Positions 28,614 to 39,516 of a DNA stretch of 64,000 bases are shown here, one piece after another (within the stretch, counting starts at the first letter, position 1; every line of letters starts with the position of its first letter). Both the position numbers and the translations under genes were made by a program. The notes beneath the pieces were generated by a model, which was given only the letters and a program-made list of their open reading frames with translations, made no database searches and was not told where the DNA came from. Origin of the DNA: Litorivivens sp. (lineage in GTDB: Bacteria; Pseudomonadota; Gammaproteobacteria; Pseudomonadales; Spongiibacteraceae); the NCBI GenBank assembly GCA_041638115.1, contig JBFKXO010000001.1, forward strand, positions 1,693 through 65,692. Reading direction: 5' to 3'.

Positions 28614-29582
28614 ATGAGGTCTTTTGTGCTACCCCTTTATCCGGATATCAAACCCTATCGCGTCTTTGAGTTGCCGGTCGATGCGCCCCACGTGCTCTAT
28701 TGTGAGGAAAGCGGTTCCCCCGATGGGATACCGGTCGTGTTTCTCCACGGTGGACCCGGCGCTGGCAGTAGCCACAACAGCCGCCGCTTCTTTGATCCCG
28801 ATGCCTACCGCATCATCGTGTTTGACCAGCGCGGTGCCGGGCATTCCACGCCTCACGCCTGTATCGACAACAACACCCTGCCGGATCTGATCAAAGACAT
28901 TGATCGCCTGCTTGATAGCCTGAGTATCGATCGCTGTTATCTGTTTGGCGGTTCCTGGGGTGCAACACTGGCGCTGGCCTATGCCCAGGCGCGACCGCAA
29001 CGGGTGAGAGGCATGGTGCTGCGCGGTGTCTTTCTCTGTCGACAGCGCGACCTCGACTGGTTTTACCGCGATGGTGCCAATCGCGTATTCCCCGATGCCT
29101 GGGACGAGCTGCTCACCCATGCGCCCGATACGAACGATGTGCTGGCCGGCTATTACCACGAGCTGCAGGCTGATAATGAAATCGAGCGCATGACAGCGGC
29201 ACGCGCCTGGACGCAATGGGAAACCACCTGTGCCAGCTTGCGGCCGCATCCGGGTGACGTGAAATCCAGTCGCGAGGCGCACAATGCACTGGCGATGGCC
29301 CGACTTGAAACCCATTACTTCGTTAACAAAGGCTTTCTTCGCGAAAACCAGTTGCTAGACAATGCTCCCTCGCTGCGCGGCATTCCCGGCATTATCGTTC
29401 ACGGCCGCTATGACATGGTGTGCCCGCTGGAAAATGCCACCAGCCTGCATCAGCGCTGGCCGGAAAGTGAATTGCGTATCATCCGCGACGGTGGCCATTC
29501 CCCCTTCGAGCCCGCGATGACCGATGCGCTTGTCCACGCAACGCGCGATATGCTGCAATGGTCGACTGACCAATCTGCCTGA
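28614..29582 (+). CDS. pip: Prolyl aminopeptidase (proline iminopeptidase)
   Basis: HGGPGAG, FDQRGAG, GGSWGATL, HGRYDMVCP. Confidence 0.92.
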   Translation: MRSFVLPLYPDIKPYRVFELPVDAPHVLYCEESGSPDGIPVVFLHGGPGAGSSHNSRRFFDPDAYRIIVFDQRGAGHSTPHACIDNNTLPDLIKDIDRLLDSLSIDRCYLFGGSWGATLALAYAQARPQRVRGMVLRGVFLCRQRDLDWFYRDGANRVFPDAWDELLTHAPDTNDVLAGYYHELQADNEIERMTAARAWTQWETTCASLRPHPGDVKSSREAHNALAMARLETHYFVNKGFLRENQLLDNAPSLRGIPGIIVHGRYDMVCPLENATSLHQRWPESELRIIRDGGHSPFEPAMTDALVHATRDMLQWSTDQSA

Positions 29583-29589
29583 GGTAATC

Positions 29590-30030
29590 GTGAAAGCTCT
29601 TATTCAGCGCGTGCGCTATGCCCGCGTCAACGTTGATGAAGAAACCGTTGGCGCCATCGACCAGGGCATGCTGGTTTTTCTCGGTGTCGAGCGCAACGAC
29701 AGCCCGGCCATACTGGAAAAAGTGGCCGAGCGCTTGCTCAATTATCGCCTGTTTGCCGACAGCGAAGGGCGCATGAACGCCTCGCTACGCGATATCGACG
29801 GTGGGCTGCTGCTGGTCTCACAATTTACCCTGGCCGCTGATACCCGCAAGGGTTTGCGCCCCGGATTTTCCACCGCCGCGACGCCTGCCGATGCCCAGCT
29901 CCTCTATAACAGCTTGCTGGATGAGCTGAATGCGCGGCATCACAAGGTTGCCGCCGGTCGTTTTGGCGCCGATATGCAAATAGAGCTGCTCAATGATGGG
30001 CCGGTCACCTTCTTGTTGGAATTTCAGTGA
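29590..30030 (+). CDS. dtd: D-aminoacyl-tRNA deacylase
   Basis: KALIQRV, SQFTL, GRFGADM, NDGPVT. GTG start after GAGG. Confidence 0.95.
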   Translation: MKALIQRVRYARVNVDEETVGAIDQGMLVFLGVERNDSPAILEKVAERLLNYRLFADSEGRMNASLRDIDGGLLLVSQFTLAADTRKGLRPGFSTAATPADAQLLYNSLLDELNARHHKVAAGRFGADMQIELLNDGPVTFLLEFQ

Positions 30031-30131
30031 ACGATACGCCTCGCGAATAGCCACGCTTGTGATAGCCTACAGGCAGGCTCTCTGGCAGTGGGCTGTCAAC
30101 GATAACGGTAAAAAACCACTGGAGATTCACG

Positions 30132-30614
30132 ATGAAAAAAATGCTTATGGCTTCGATTCTCGCTGGCGCTTCCGCCAGTTCATTTGCGGTTGTCCCCGGC
30201 GGTGACAGTTGCGGTTGGGGTAATATGTTGTTTGAAGGTCAGTCGGGCTTGCCGATTCATGTGGTCGCGTCCATCACCAACGGCACTTCTGGCAACAACA
30301 CCCTAGGCATGACGTCGGGAACGAATGGTTGTTCCGCCGATGGTACACTGACCTATGGTGGCAAGCCGCTGATCAATCTCGGATCGATCATGGACGAGTT
30401 TAGCGAAGATGTTGCGCGTGGTGAGGGCGAGGCTCTAACCGCGGTGGCGATTTCCCTGGGGGTTGAGTCACCCGATCGTTCCCACTTCAAGCAGGTAATG
30501 CACAGCAATTTTGATACGCTGTTCCCCAGCGATTCGGTGACCGCCGAAGCCGTGATGGCTTCCATGCTGCAGCTGATGCGCGCCGACGCGCAGCTCGCCA
30601 AATACGCCGCTTGA
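30132..30614 (+). CDS. DUF3015 family exported protein
   Basis: CGWGNMLFEGQSG..TNGTSGNNTLGMTSGTNGC..DVARGEGEAL. Confidence 0.85.
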   Translation: MKKMLMASILAGASASSFAVVPGGDSCGWGNMLFEGQSGLPIHVVASITNGTSGNNTLGMTSGTNGCSADGTLTYGGKPLINLGSIMDEFSEDVARGEGEALTAVAISLGVESPDRSHFKQVMHSNFDTLFPSDSVTAEAVMASMLQLMRADAQLAKYAA

Positions 30615-30654
30615 CCGATAGCGGTGCGGCAAGCCGCCGCACCGCGTTTCCCAG

Positions 30655-32490
30655 ATGATTCAATGCGCCAGCCGTCGTTTAATGCTGTGGGTTGTTATTG
30701 TTCTGAGCCCTCTGGCACAGGCAGGCATGACCGACAGCCAGGCATTGGCTGACCACCCCCAATGGCGCGCCCTGCTGCACTTTGCCCGCAGCCCCAACGG
30801 CTACGCCGTCGAAAGCGCAGTCGATGATGCCGCTTTTTTCCTCAGCCCTTCCGGAAAGTCTGATGCGCACGCTGAACTGCTTGCCACGGTAGCGCAGCTG
30901 ACGGTAAAGCCAGCACTGCGTTGCCGCTTTATTGCACGTTTCCACTGGCTTCAGCAGCACGCGCTATTGGATTCGGACCTGCAAGCCGATTGCGCCGACT
31001 ATGCCGCCTGGCGCCGGGAGATCAACGCGGGTGCGGTGGCCTTGGTGTTTGCCGCGAGTTATCTCAACAGTCCCTCGTCGATGTATGGTCATACGTTTCT
31101 TCGTATTGATCCCAAAGGCTATCGCTCGGAATCGGCCTTGTTGTCCTATGCCGTGAACTATGCAGCGGTGGTTCCACCGAATGACAACAGCCTCCTGTTC
31201 GCGTGGCGGGGCATGACCGGTGGCTATCCCGGACATTTCAGCCTGCAGCCCTATATCGAAAAGCTGCAGGAATACTCGCGCCTGGAAAACCGGGATATCT
31301 GGGAATACGAGCTAAACCTGACAGCAACAGAGATTGATCGCCTGATGGCTCACTTGTGGGAGCTGCAGTCGATCAATTTCGATTACTACTTTATGGACGA
31401 AAATTGCTCCTACCGTCTGCTGGAGTTGTTGGAGGTGGCCCGCCCAGGTTTGATGCTTGTCCACGAGTTTCCTGTTCATGCCATTCCCGTTGACACCGTG
31501 CGCGCAGTGGACGAAGCGGGTTTGGTCCAGGCCCGCGTTTATCGCCCATCGCGGCAGCGTGAATTGGAGGCCCTTGTGTTACCTCTGTCGGACGATCAGC
31601 AGCGCTGGGTGCTGACCTTGGCGGACGAACCTGCACAGGCAGAGAGCGAGAATTTCCAGCGCAAGCCGTCTCACGAACAAGCAACCCTGCTGCTGGGCGC
31701 ATATCGCTTGCTGCGTTACCGCCACAATAGGGAGGCGCGCAGTGACAGTGTTGCCGCGCGCAGTTTCTCACTACTCCGGGCGATCAATAAGTTACCGGCC
31801 ATCGCCGAGGTAAAAAACAAGGCGACGCGCCCGGTGGCCCCTGACGATGGTCATCCAACCGCATTGCTTGGGCTCGCGGTTGGACGCTTTGCCGAGCAAC
31901 ATTATCAGGAGCTATCGTTCCGGCTGACCTACCACGACCTGCTAGACCCGGTATCGGGTTATCCCGAGAGCGCGTCACTAAATATGCTGCAAACGACGCT
32001 GCGCCACGCCGACAACGGTGGCTCTCGCCTGCAGTCGCTGGACGTGGTCGATATCCAATCGCTGGCCCCGCGCAGCCGGTTTTTCAAACCCGTGAGCTGG
32101 CAAGTTCGCGCGGGGCTGGAACGCAGTGACTGGCAGCCGGCCTATCTCGCCCCCTTCGTCGCTGCCGGTGCGGGTGGTTCCTGGCGGATAGAGGGTGCGG
32201 AGGTTTCCGCTCTGCCAACGCTAAGGGGGGAATATAATGAATCCTTTGACGAGAACTGGCAGTTGGCGCCGGGCTTGTTAGTGCGATTGGGCTTTCAGCG
32301 CCAGCGCTGGGCTCTGGCACTGGAGGCTGAGCACTACCGGTTTCTCAATGGCGTGGAGCGCAACGCGGCGACTGTGTCGCTGAATGTTGCCGTGGCGCGC
32401 GAACACGGATTGCGAGTAATCGGTCGCCGGGTATTGGAGGGAGAGCAGGGTGACGAAGCCTATAGCCTACAGTGGCGTTACTATTTTTAG
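30655..32490 (+). CDS. DUF4105 (Lnb N-terminal-like) domain protein with C-terminal beta-barrel
   Basis: SPSSMYGHTFLR, ENRDIWEY, FDYYFMDENCSY, terminal WRYYF. Confidence 0.85.
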   Translation: MIQCASRRLMLWVVIVLSPLAQAGMTDSQALADHPQWRALLHFARSPNGYAVESAVDDAAFFLSPSGKSDAHAELLATVAQLTVKPALRCRFIARFHWLQQHALLDSDLQADCADYAAWRREINAGAVALVFAASYLNSPSSMYGHTFLRIDPKGYRSESALLSYAVNYAAVVPPNDNSLLFAWRGMTGGYPGHFSLQPYIEKLQEYSRLENRDIWEYELNLTATEIDRLMAHLWELQSINFDYYFMDENCSYRLLELLEVARPGLMLVHEFPVHAIPVDTVRAVDEAGLVQARVYRPSRQRELEALVLPLSDDQQRWVLTLADEPAQAESENFQRKPSHEQATLLLGAYRLLRYRHNREARSDSVAARSFSLLRAINKLPAIAEVKNKATRPVAPDDGHPTALLGLAVGRFAEQHYQELSFRLTYHDLLDPVSGYPESASLNMLQTTLRHADNGGSRLQSLDVVDIQSLAPRSRFFKPVSWQVRAGLERSDWQPAYLAPFVAAGAGGSWRIEGAEVSALPTLRGEYNESFDENWQLAPGLLVRLGFQRQRWALALEAEHYRFLNGVERNAATVSLNVAVAREHGLRVIGRRVLEGEQGDEAYSLQWRYYF

Positions 32491-33313
32491 ACCTGTTTTT
32501 AGGTCCGTGTTGCTGATCGCTGTACTGACGCTGTCCGGCTGCGCCAGTCTGTTGTTTTATCCCATGAAATCCTGGGTGGCCACGCCGCAGGACTTTGGGG
32601 TCGCCTATGAGGATATTTTTCTCAACCAGGGGGATATCCGTTTGCACGGCTGGTGGTTGCCGGCTCAGGGCAAGGCGCGAGCCAGCATCTATTTTCTCCA
32701 CGGCAACGCGGAAAACATCAGCACCCATATGCACAGCGTGCTTTGGCTCCCGGCCGAAGGCTACAATGTTTTCCTGCTCGATTACCGCGGTTATGGCAAA
32801 TCTACCGGTGAGCCCGACCTGCCGGGCGTCATTGCTGACGTGCGGCGCGGTTATCAATGGCTGCGCCAGCGAGAACCGGACAAGCCCGTGGTGGTTTTGG
32901 GCCAAAGCCTGGGAGGCGGCGTGTCGGGTTACGCTATGGCGACCGCGACAACCAAGCCTGAGGCCATCGTTCTGGACGCTGCCGTGGCGTCTTACCCGCG
33001 TATCGCCGGGGAGGTCGCCCGACGGAATGTGCTTACCTGGGCGCTGGCACCGCTTGCCACCCGGCTAATGCCGCAAACTTTCGACTTTATCGACGTGGTG
33101 GAGGCTCTGGCCGGGACACCGCAGTTGTACCTGCACAGCCCGGCTGACGCGGTGGTTCCCATCGGCCACTCCCAGGCCTTGTTCCAGAAGGCCGCCGAAC
33201 CGAAACGCTTTGTGGAAAGCTCGGGACCGCATATTTCAACCTTTGCCGACAGCAACCATCGACAGCTTTTGCTGGCCTTTCTGGAAACTATTTCGCCTAA
33301 CCAAAAGCGTTAG
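32450..33313 (+). CDS. Alpha/beta hydrolase lipoprotein
   Basis: LSGC lipobox, HGNAENIS, DYRGYG, GQSLGG. Exact start uncertain. Confidence 0.85.
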   Translation: MTKPIAYSGVTIFRPVFRSVLLIAVLTLSGCASLLFYPMKSWVATPQDFGVAYEDIFLNQGDIRLHGWWLPAQGKARASIYFLHGNAENISTHMHSVLWLPAEGYNVFLLDYRGYGKSTGEPDLPGVIADVRRGYQWLRQREPDKPVVVLGQSLGGGVSGYAMATATTKPEAIVLDAAVASYPRIAGEVARRNVLTWALAPLATRLMPQTFDFIDVVEALAGTPQLYLHSPADAVVPIGHSQALFQKAAEPKRFVESSGPHISTFADSNHRQLLLAFLETISPNQKR

Positions 33314-33457
33314 GCCAGTGAGTGCTGGTTAACCCGCCTAATGTGACAAACTACCAATTTTGAAAGCTTGGTCTGTGTAATTGTGAATATGTCACAGTTT
33401 CCTGCGGGAGCCAGACAGTAAGCTCGCCAGCCAGTAGTCATTCTGAGAGATCCTGTC

Positions 33458-34300
33458 ATGCGAACACTTCTCCGCGATAAGCAGGCCCTGCTGGCCTGTG
33501 TTGAAGGCTCGCCAGCCGCCGTTGCCGTGCACAATAAGCCCGAGTGGCTGTCACTGTTTGCCGACTGCGCGGTGGTGGAAGATCCGGTCGGCTCCAAACC
33601 CCAGATCAATCTGACGGATGAGAACGGTCAGAGCCCGCTAAGCCGTTTCTATGAAACCTTTATCGCGGCCAACGATATTCGCTTTGATGTGGACTACGAC
33701 GTGGTGTGCACCGGGGCGGTCGTCAGGGATCTGGATATCGAGATTCGCATGTCAGACAAGGTGGTGGTGCGGGTGCCCATGCACCTGCTCTACGAGCTGA
33801 CCACCGAACACGGCGAAGTGCGGATCAAACGCCTCGCCGCCCACTGGGAGCTGGCGCCGATGCTGCGTCAGCAGATGCAGTACGGATTGGCCAGCGCGGT
33901 GGCCGGAATTTCTTCATTCTGGCGCATGCTGCGGCATATGGGCCTGTCCGGTTTGCAGGGCTTTCTGCAGGCCCGGGAAACGGTTGGCGAGGCGGGCAAG
34001 AAAAAGGTTGAGGCGCTGATCTCGGCCTTTAATCAAAAGCAAAATCGCGCGCTGGAACGCCTGTTTACCGATGATGGCCTGATGGGTTGGCCCTATGGCC
34101 ACGATCAACGCATTGCTTTCTGGGACATTCCGGACGGTAGGCTGCGGGTGGAGAAACTGCTGTCAGCCGGGCGTGCGGTAAGCGCAACCTTTTACTATAA
34201 CGATGGCACGACTGAAAAACGTGGCGTGGCGATCTTCCACTTCGATCGGCGCAATCTGCTGCTGCGCGATGCGCAATTTTTTATGGAGGCAGAGCACTGA
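33458..34300 (+). CDS. NTF2/SnoaL-like (ketosteroid isomerase-like) protein
   Basis: SPAAVAVHNKPEWLSLF..VEDPVGS..FYETFIA..LAAHWEL. Confidence 0.75.
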   Translation: MRTLLRDKQALLACVEGSPAAVAVHNKPEWLSLFADCAVVEDPVGSKPQINLTDENGQSPLSRFYETFIAANDIRFDVDYDVVCTGAVVRDLDIEIRMSDKVVVRVPMHLLYELTTEHGEVRIKRLAAHWELAPMLRQQMQYGLASAVAGISSFWRMLRHMGLSGLQGFLQARETVGEAGKKKVEALISAFNQKQNRALERLFTDDGLMGWPYGHDQRIAFWDIPDGRLRVEKLLSAGRAVSATFYYNDGTTEKRGVAIFHFDRRNLLLRDAQFFMEAEH

Positions 34301-34309
34301 GGAGTGGCC

Positions 34310-34792
34310 TCAGTGCTGATGTCCACCGGGACCATGTGCATGACCGTGTGAAACCTCCTCGGCTGAGGCTTCGCGCACATCGACAATTTCAATGGCAAAC
34401 TGCAGGGCCTTGCCTGCCAATGGATGATTGGCATCCACATCGACCGAAAACTTGCCCACTTTGATCACGGTGGCTTGATGCGTGCCATTGTCATCGCGAT
34501 AGCGAACAATCTTTCCCGGTTTCAACTTGCCCTCGTGTTTGAGGTATTTTGCCGGGATGCGCTGCACGCGTCCCTCCTGGCGCAGGCCATAGGCTTGCTC
34601 AGGGCTGAGTGAAACCTCCACCTTGTCGCCTGCCGTATGACCGATCAACGCCTTCTCTAAGGCGGGCAGAATATTGCGTTCGCCGTGCAGGTAGAGGGAG
34701 GGCTGGCCGTCGTAGCTGTGTTCAATCTCGGCGCCGCCCTGTTCTGACAGGCGGTAGTGGAAGGAAACCACGCGGTTTTTTTCGATGTGCAT
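34310..34792 (-). CDS. slyD: FKBP-type PPIase SlyD
   Basis: VVSFHYRL, YLHG, PEQAYG, DANHPLAGK, His-rich tail HGHAHGPGGHQH. Confidence 0.92.
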   Translation of the reverse strand: MHIEKNRVVSFHYRLSEQGGAEIEHSYDGQPSLYLHGERNILPALEKALIGHTAGDKVEVSLSPEQAYGLRQEGRVQRIPAKYLKHEGKLKPGKIVRYRDDNGTHQATVIKVGKFSVDVDANHPLAGKALQFAIEIVDVREASAEEVSHGHAHGPGGHQH

Positions 34793-34885
34793 CGCTCGCT
34801 CTCTCGCTGGGCATGTCGGGAAACAGGCGGCTATACTAATGGGCGTTTACTCAAATTCCTAGCGGACTTACTGACAGGCAGCAGC

Positions 34886-35071
34886 ATGGGCGAGGTTGTG
34901 ACGTTCACTCCCGGTCGCAAGAAAAAGGCGACAGCAAAATCCACCTTGTGCAAAGAGGGGCATCATCGCTGGCTGGTTGAGACGAAAAGTCGGTTTGATG
35001 TGAAGCAGGGTAAGCTGGTCACCGTGTACCGGTGTGGACGCTGTGGCAAACTGAAAACCACAGCGCACTGA
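34886..35071 (+). CDS. Small hypothetical protein, probable Zn ribbon
   Basis: LCKEGHHRW...FDVKQGKLVTVYRCGRCG, 61 aa. Confidence 0.7.
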   Translation: MGEVVTFTPGRKKKATAKSTLCKEGHHRWLVETKSRFDVKQGKLVTVYRCGRCGKLKTTAH

Positions 35072-35083
35072 AATACGGTGCTA

Positions 35084-35329
35084 TTAGCCGAGAACCTGAC
35101 GCCCAATTTGATCGAGAATGGCACGAGTTTCTTCCGGGCCCTCCACACTGCTGAATACCCGCACGATATCGCCCAGATGCTCCAGTAGGACGTCTTTCAC
35201 CGGCAGGGTGCTTTCAAGCGCGGCGTTGCGCAGCAGCAGAAACGCTTCCGCGCTGATATCGTCGATCTGTTCCTGACGGCTGGCGGCGCGAAAGTCGGCA
35301 AGTCGTACAACGTTGTTCTGGTTTGACAT
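35084..35329 (-). CDS. Hypothetical protein (81 aa), paralog of 35450..35713
   Basis: GAGG RBS, gapless alignment to its neighbour. Confidence 0.75.
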   Translation of the reverse strand: MSNQNNVVRLADFRAASRQEQIDDISAEAFLLLRNAALESTLPVKDVLLEHLGDIVRVFSSVEGPEETRAILDQIGRQVLG

Positions 35330-35449
35330 GGTTGTTTGCCTCGAATGACACAGTTGTTAGTAACTGTGTCGTAGTCTACTGAGCGGATTTCGGCGGGTAA
35401 CTTCGTACTTACACTTAGTCGGCGGGGTAAAACCGAAAGAGGGGGGCGA

Positions 35450-35713
35450 TCAGCCGTTGATCTGCTCGGCAAGTTCGCGCAGGATACGGGCGGATTCTTC
35501 GTGACCTTCAACGGCTTTGATGACCAGCGCGATGCCTAACAAATGCTCCAACAGAACCGATTTCATTGAAATACCGTGTTCCTGGGCTTGTTCGCGCAAA
35601 AAAACAAAGGCCTGTGCACTGATATCGTCGAGCAGTGCTTGCTGTGTCGCTTTTTGATACTGTTCAAGGCTGACAACATTTTCTTCAGAGTCGTGCACTG
35701 GTTGGCGCTCCAT
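35450..35713 (-). CDS. Hypothetical protein (87 aa), paralog of 35084..35329
   Basis: Shared DDISA.AF..LR, K.VLLEHL, VEG.EE motifs. Confidence 0.75.
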   Translation of the reverse strand: MERQPVHDSEENVVSLEQYQKATQQALLDDISAQAFVFLREQAQEHGISMKSVLLEHLLGIALVIKAVEGHEESARILRELAEQING

Positions 35714-35856
35714 AAAGTCGTCGCAGGGCGCGACTACAACACAAATTGTAGGGAAATGCGTCGTCGCCGAAACTACGTATTTACCCGTACTGCCCTATAA
35801 CTTATTGTTTTTAGGCGATAAAATACCCCGTTATCGCCATATGCTGGAAATTGCCA

Positions 35857-38109
35857 ATGGAAAACCAAACCACCATTTCAGAGGACGGCATCGAGCAACT
35901 ATCGCTCAAGGCCTATACCGAGAAGGCCTACCTGGACTACTCCATGTACGTCATTCTCGACCGGGCGCTGCCCAATATTGCTGACGGGCTAAAACCGGTA
36001 CAGCGTCGCATTGTCTACGCGATGAGTGAGCTGGGCCTGAAAGCCACCGCCAAATTCAAGAAATCCGCTCGTACCGTAGGGGATGTGATCGGTAAATTCC
36101 ACCCTCACGGCGATTCTGCCGCCTACGAGGCGATGGTGCTGATGGCGCAGAATTTCTCCTATCGCTACCCGCTGGTGGATGGCCAGGGTAACTGGGGCTC
36201 GCCGGATGACCCCAAATCCTTCGCCGCGATGCGCTATACCGAGTCGCGCCTGACCGCTTACGCCGATGTGCTGCTGTCCGAGCTGGGCCAGGGCACGGTG
36301 GACTGGACACCAAACTTTGACGGCACCATGGATGAGCCCGCCACACTCCCGGCCCGCGTACCCAATGTGCTGCTCAACGGTACCACAGGCATCGCGGTGG
36401 GTATGGCCACCGATATACCGCCGCATAACCTGCGCGAAGTGGTCAGCGCCTGTATTGCCCTGTTGGACAATCCAAAAGCCGGCGTCGAAGACCTTTGCGA
36501 GCATATCCAGGGGCCGGACTTCCCCACTGAAGCAGAATTAATCACGCCGCGCGAAGACCTGATCAAGATGTACGAAAGCGGGCGTGGCAGCCTGCGGATG
36601 CGCGCCCGCTGGCACAAGGAAGATGGCGATGTGGTGATATCCGCCTTGCCCTATCAGGCCTCGGGCTCCAAAGTGCTGGAGCAAATCGCCCAGCAGATGC
36701 AGGCCAAAAAACTGCCGATGGTAGCGGATTTGCGCGATGAGTCAGACCATGAGAACCCCACGCGCCTGTTGATCGTACCGCGGTCTAATCGAGTGGATTT
36801 GGAAGCGATGATGAATCACCTCTTCGCCACCACGGATCTGGAAAAGACCTACCGCGTCAACCTCAATGTCATCGGCATCAACGGCCGGCCTCAGGTAAAG
36901 CCGCTCAATGGCCTGCTGGGCGAATGGCTGGAGTTCCGCACGGAAACTACGCGCCGCCGCCTCCAGTTTCGTCTCGACAAGGTACTGGCGCGGCTGCATA
37001 TCCTGGAAGGTTTGTTGATTGCCTACCTCAATATCGATGAGGTGATTGCCATTATCCGCGCCGAGGACAAACCCAAGCCGGTGCTGATGGAGCGCTTTGG
37101 GCTCAGCGATACCCAGGCCGAAGCCATCCTCGAGTTAAAGTTGCGCCACCTGGCCAAACTCGAAGAAATGAAGATTCGCGGCGAACAGGATGAGCTGGCC
37201 GCCGAACGCGACAATCTGGAAGCGACTCTGGGCTCACCGCGCAAACTGAAAAACCTGATTCGCAAAGAGCTCAAGGAAGTGGCTGATCAGTACGGTGACG
37301 ACCGCCGTTCACCGCTGGTGTCCCGCGACGAAGCTCGTGCCTTTTCCGAAGAGGAACTGATGCCGGTTGATCCGGTAACGGTAGTGCTGTCGGAAAAAGG
37401 CTGGATTCGCGCCGCCAAGGGCCACGATATTGACCCGGTCAGCCTCAGCTATAAGTCTGGCGACAAATTCAAACTGGCTGCCCGCGGCAAGAGCAACCAG
37501 CCGGTGATTATTCTGGATAACAGCGGTCGGGCTTACTCGGTGGCGGCGCATACGCTGCCTTCCGCGCGAGGGCAGGGCGAGCCGGTAACCGGCCGCCTGA
37601 ACGCGCCTTCCGGTGCGGTGTTTAACGGTATGTTGATGGGCTCAGACGAACAGCGCGTATTACTGGCGTCCGACGCGGGCTACGGTTTTGTCACCAAATT
37701 GTCGGATCTGCAAAGTAAAAACCGGGCCGGCAAAGCGGTACTTAGTCTGCCGAAGGGGGCCGAAGTGTTAAACCCGATCGCCCTGAACGGAACCGACGGC
37801 CACGTGGTTGCCGCCACCACCGACGGTCGCATGCTGGTGTTCCCGTTAACGGAGTTGCCCGAGATGCCGCGCGGCAAAGGCAACAAGATGATCGGGATAC
37901 CATCGGCGCGGGTTGCGGCGCGCGAGGAATATGTTGTGGCGATAGCGGTGATGACCGAGACCGACACACTTCGCGTGTTCTCAGGCAAGCGCTATCTCAA
38001 CCTGAAATTTGCTGAGCTGGAACACTACCTGGGCGAGCGCGGTCGGCGCGGACACAAGCTGCCCCGCGGATTCCAGAAGGTGGATGGATTGGAGATTAAT
38101 CCGGGTTAG
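35857..38109 (+). CDS. parC: DNA topoisomerase IV subunit A
   Basis: [44 protein letters not shown]. Confidence 0.97.
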   Translation: MENQTTISEDGIEQLSLKAYTEKAYLDYSMYVILDRALPNIADGLKPVQRRIVYAMSELGLKATAKFKKSARTVGDVIGKFHPHGDSAAYEAMVLMAQNFSYRYPLVDGQGNWGSPDDPKSFAAMRYTESRLTAYADVLLSELGQGTVDWTPNFDGTMDEPATLPARVPNVLLNGTTGIAVGMATDIPPHNLREVVSACIALLDNPKAGVEDLCEHIQGPDFPTEAELITPREDLIKMYESGRGSLRMRARWHKEDGDVVISALPYQASGSKVLEQIAQQMQAKKLPMVADLRDESDHENPTRLLIVPRSNRVDLEAMMNHLFATTDLEKTYRVNLNVIGINGRPQVKPLNGLLGEWLEFRTETTRRRLQFRLDKVLARLHILEGLLIAYLNIDEVIAIIRAEDKPKPVLMERFGLSDTQAEAILELKLRHLAKLEEMKIRGEQDELAAERDNLEATLGSPRKLKNLIRKELKEVADQYGDDRRSPLVSRDEARAFSEEELMPVDPVTVVLSEKGWIRAAKGHDIDPVSLSYKSGDKFKLAARGKSNQPVIILDNSGRAYSVAAHTLPSARGQGEPVTGRLNAPSGAVFNGMLMGSDEQRVLLASDAGYGFVTKLSDLQSKNRAGKAVLSLPKGAEVLNPIALNGTDGHVVAATTDGRMLVFPLTELPEMPRGKGNKMIGIPSARVAAREEYVVAIAVMTETDTLRVFSGKRYLNLKFAELEHYLGERGRRGHKLPRGFQKVDGLEINPG

Positions 38110-38182
38110 CCTATCTGCACCGGAAGCGATGTTTCTAACGCTATATGAGCGGCGTGGCACTCCTGCTACGCCGCTACCGAAC

Positions 38183-39421
38183 TTAGATAGCTGAAAATTC
38201 CAGCCCCGCATGCGCCTGCAGCCGCTCTACCAAAGCATCACGCATCGCTGTCGAGGGCGTCCAAATACCGCCGGGTGTTTGCGCTTTCGAGGTTTCGCTC
38301 AGGCAGATCGCGGCCTGGGTGATCATCTTGGCGGTTGAGCCATAGCCGGGGTCGCGGTCGCCAGTGACTTTGACGGCTACCTTCTCTCCTTTGGTGGTCT
38401 TGCCAATAAAACGCAGGTCAAAAAAGCCGTTGCGCTGTTCTTCTTTGCTGGGGCCTTCGCCGGGTTTGGGCAATACCCACTTTTCCAGCGCCCAGCGTGC
38501 CGGGGGCAGGGCGCCGCCAACCATTAAGCCAGCCATACCGCCCGCCATGGCCAGGGCGCTGAGGCGACCTTTCAAGCCCTTGCCAGTGATGACGGCTTCG
38601 TCATAGCGAAACTGCTCGCCCCAGGGTGCGCCTTTGAGTGCGTGGGAGCGATGTACGACGCGGGTATTGATGGCAGCCATCACGAAGGGCGCTGTCCAGG
38701 TATCAAAGTCTTTGTCGTATTCGGCGCTGCTGACATTGTGCTGGCGGGTTTTCGGCTGAAATTCTTCGGGACAGATGGCGTAGGGGTTTGCCAGTGTCTT
38801 GCGCAATTCGGGGTTTTTGCTGGCTTCTTTGATGACGTTGACCAGTGACGCTGCAGTACCGCCGCTGAAGCCGCCTCGCATGGCCTTGACCCGCATTTTG
38901 ACATCCAGGCAGGGCTGCCCAAAGCTGGTCTGCGCCGTATTCTGCAGAAAATGGACGCCCAGATCCGAGGGTATGGAATCAAAGCCACAGCAGTGCACGA
39001 TGCGGGCGCCGGTTTGCTGGGCCTGCTGCTGGTAGCGTTCGACCATGAGTTTGATCCACTGGGTTTCCCCGGTCAGGTCGCAGTAGTCAGTACCGGTTTC
39101 GACGCAGGCTTTCACCATCGGCTCGCCGTAGAGCGCGTAGGGACCGACGGTGGAGATGATTACTTGGGTCTGACGACAGAGCGCGGCGAGGCTGTCGGGA
39201 TCGCTGGCGTCGGCGATGCGCAGCGGCATGGATTCGTCGTTAGCGCCGAGGCGCTGTTGCAGTTCCCGCAGTTTGCTTTCTGATCGGCCGGCGGCGGCCC
39301 AGCGTACAGCTTTGTCGGGGTTTTTTCCGTCTCCATACTCAGAGGTCAGATACTCGCAAATAATCTGACCGACGAAACTGGTGGCGCCAAACACGATGAT
39401 ATCGAAATGGGAATCGCTCAT
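38183..39421 (-). CDS. Saccharopine dehydrogenase-like / trans-acting enoyl reductase family oxidoreductase
   Basis: FGATSFVG, TVGPYALYGE, CGFDSIPSDLG, DPGYGSTAKM. Confidence 0.88.
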   Translation of the reverse strand: MSDSHFDIIVFGATSFVGQIICEYLTSEYGDGKNPDKAVRWAAAGRSESKLRELQQRLGANDESMPLRIADASDPDSLAALCRQTQVIISTVGPYALYGEPMVKACVETGTDYCDLTGETQWIKLMVERYQQQAQQTGARIVHCCGFDSIPSDLGVHFLQNTAQTSFGQPCLDVKMRVKAMRGGFSGGTAASLVNVIKEASKNPELRKTLANPYAICPEEFQPKTRQHNVSSAEYDKDFDTWTAPFVMAAINTRVVHRSHALKGAPWGEQFRYDEAVITGKGLKGRLSALAMAGGMAGLMVGGALPPARWALEKWVLPKPGEGPSKEEQRNGFFDLRFIGKTTKGEKVAVKVTGDRDPGYGSTAKMITQAAICLSETSKAQTPGGIWTPSTAMRDALVERLQAHAGLEFSAI

Positions 39422-39516
39422 GGTTTGTGTGTTCCTCCGATAAACTGTTGTGGATTCGCCCCAAAGGGGTAAATGCCGGTATGATGAACCGAATTTGAGA
39501 GCATAATAAACGCGAG

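Noticed and set aside
33382-33396. TGTGA-ATATG-TCACA as a CRP site
   Set aside because: Spacer is 5 bp rather than 6. It may be an operator but cannot be assigned
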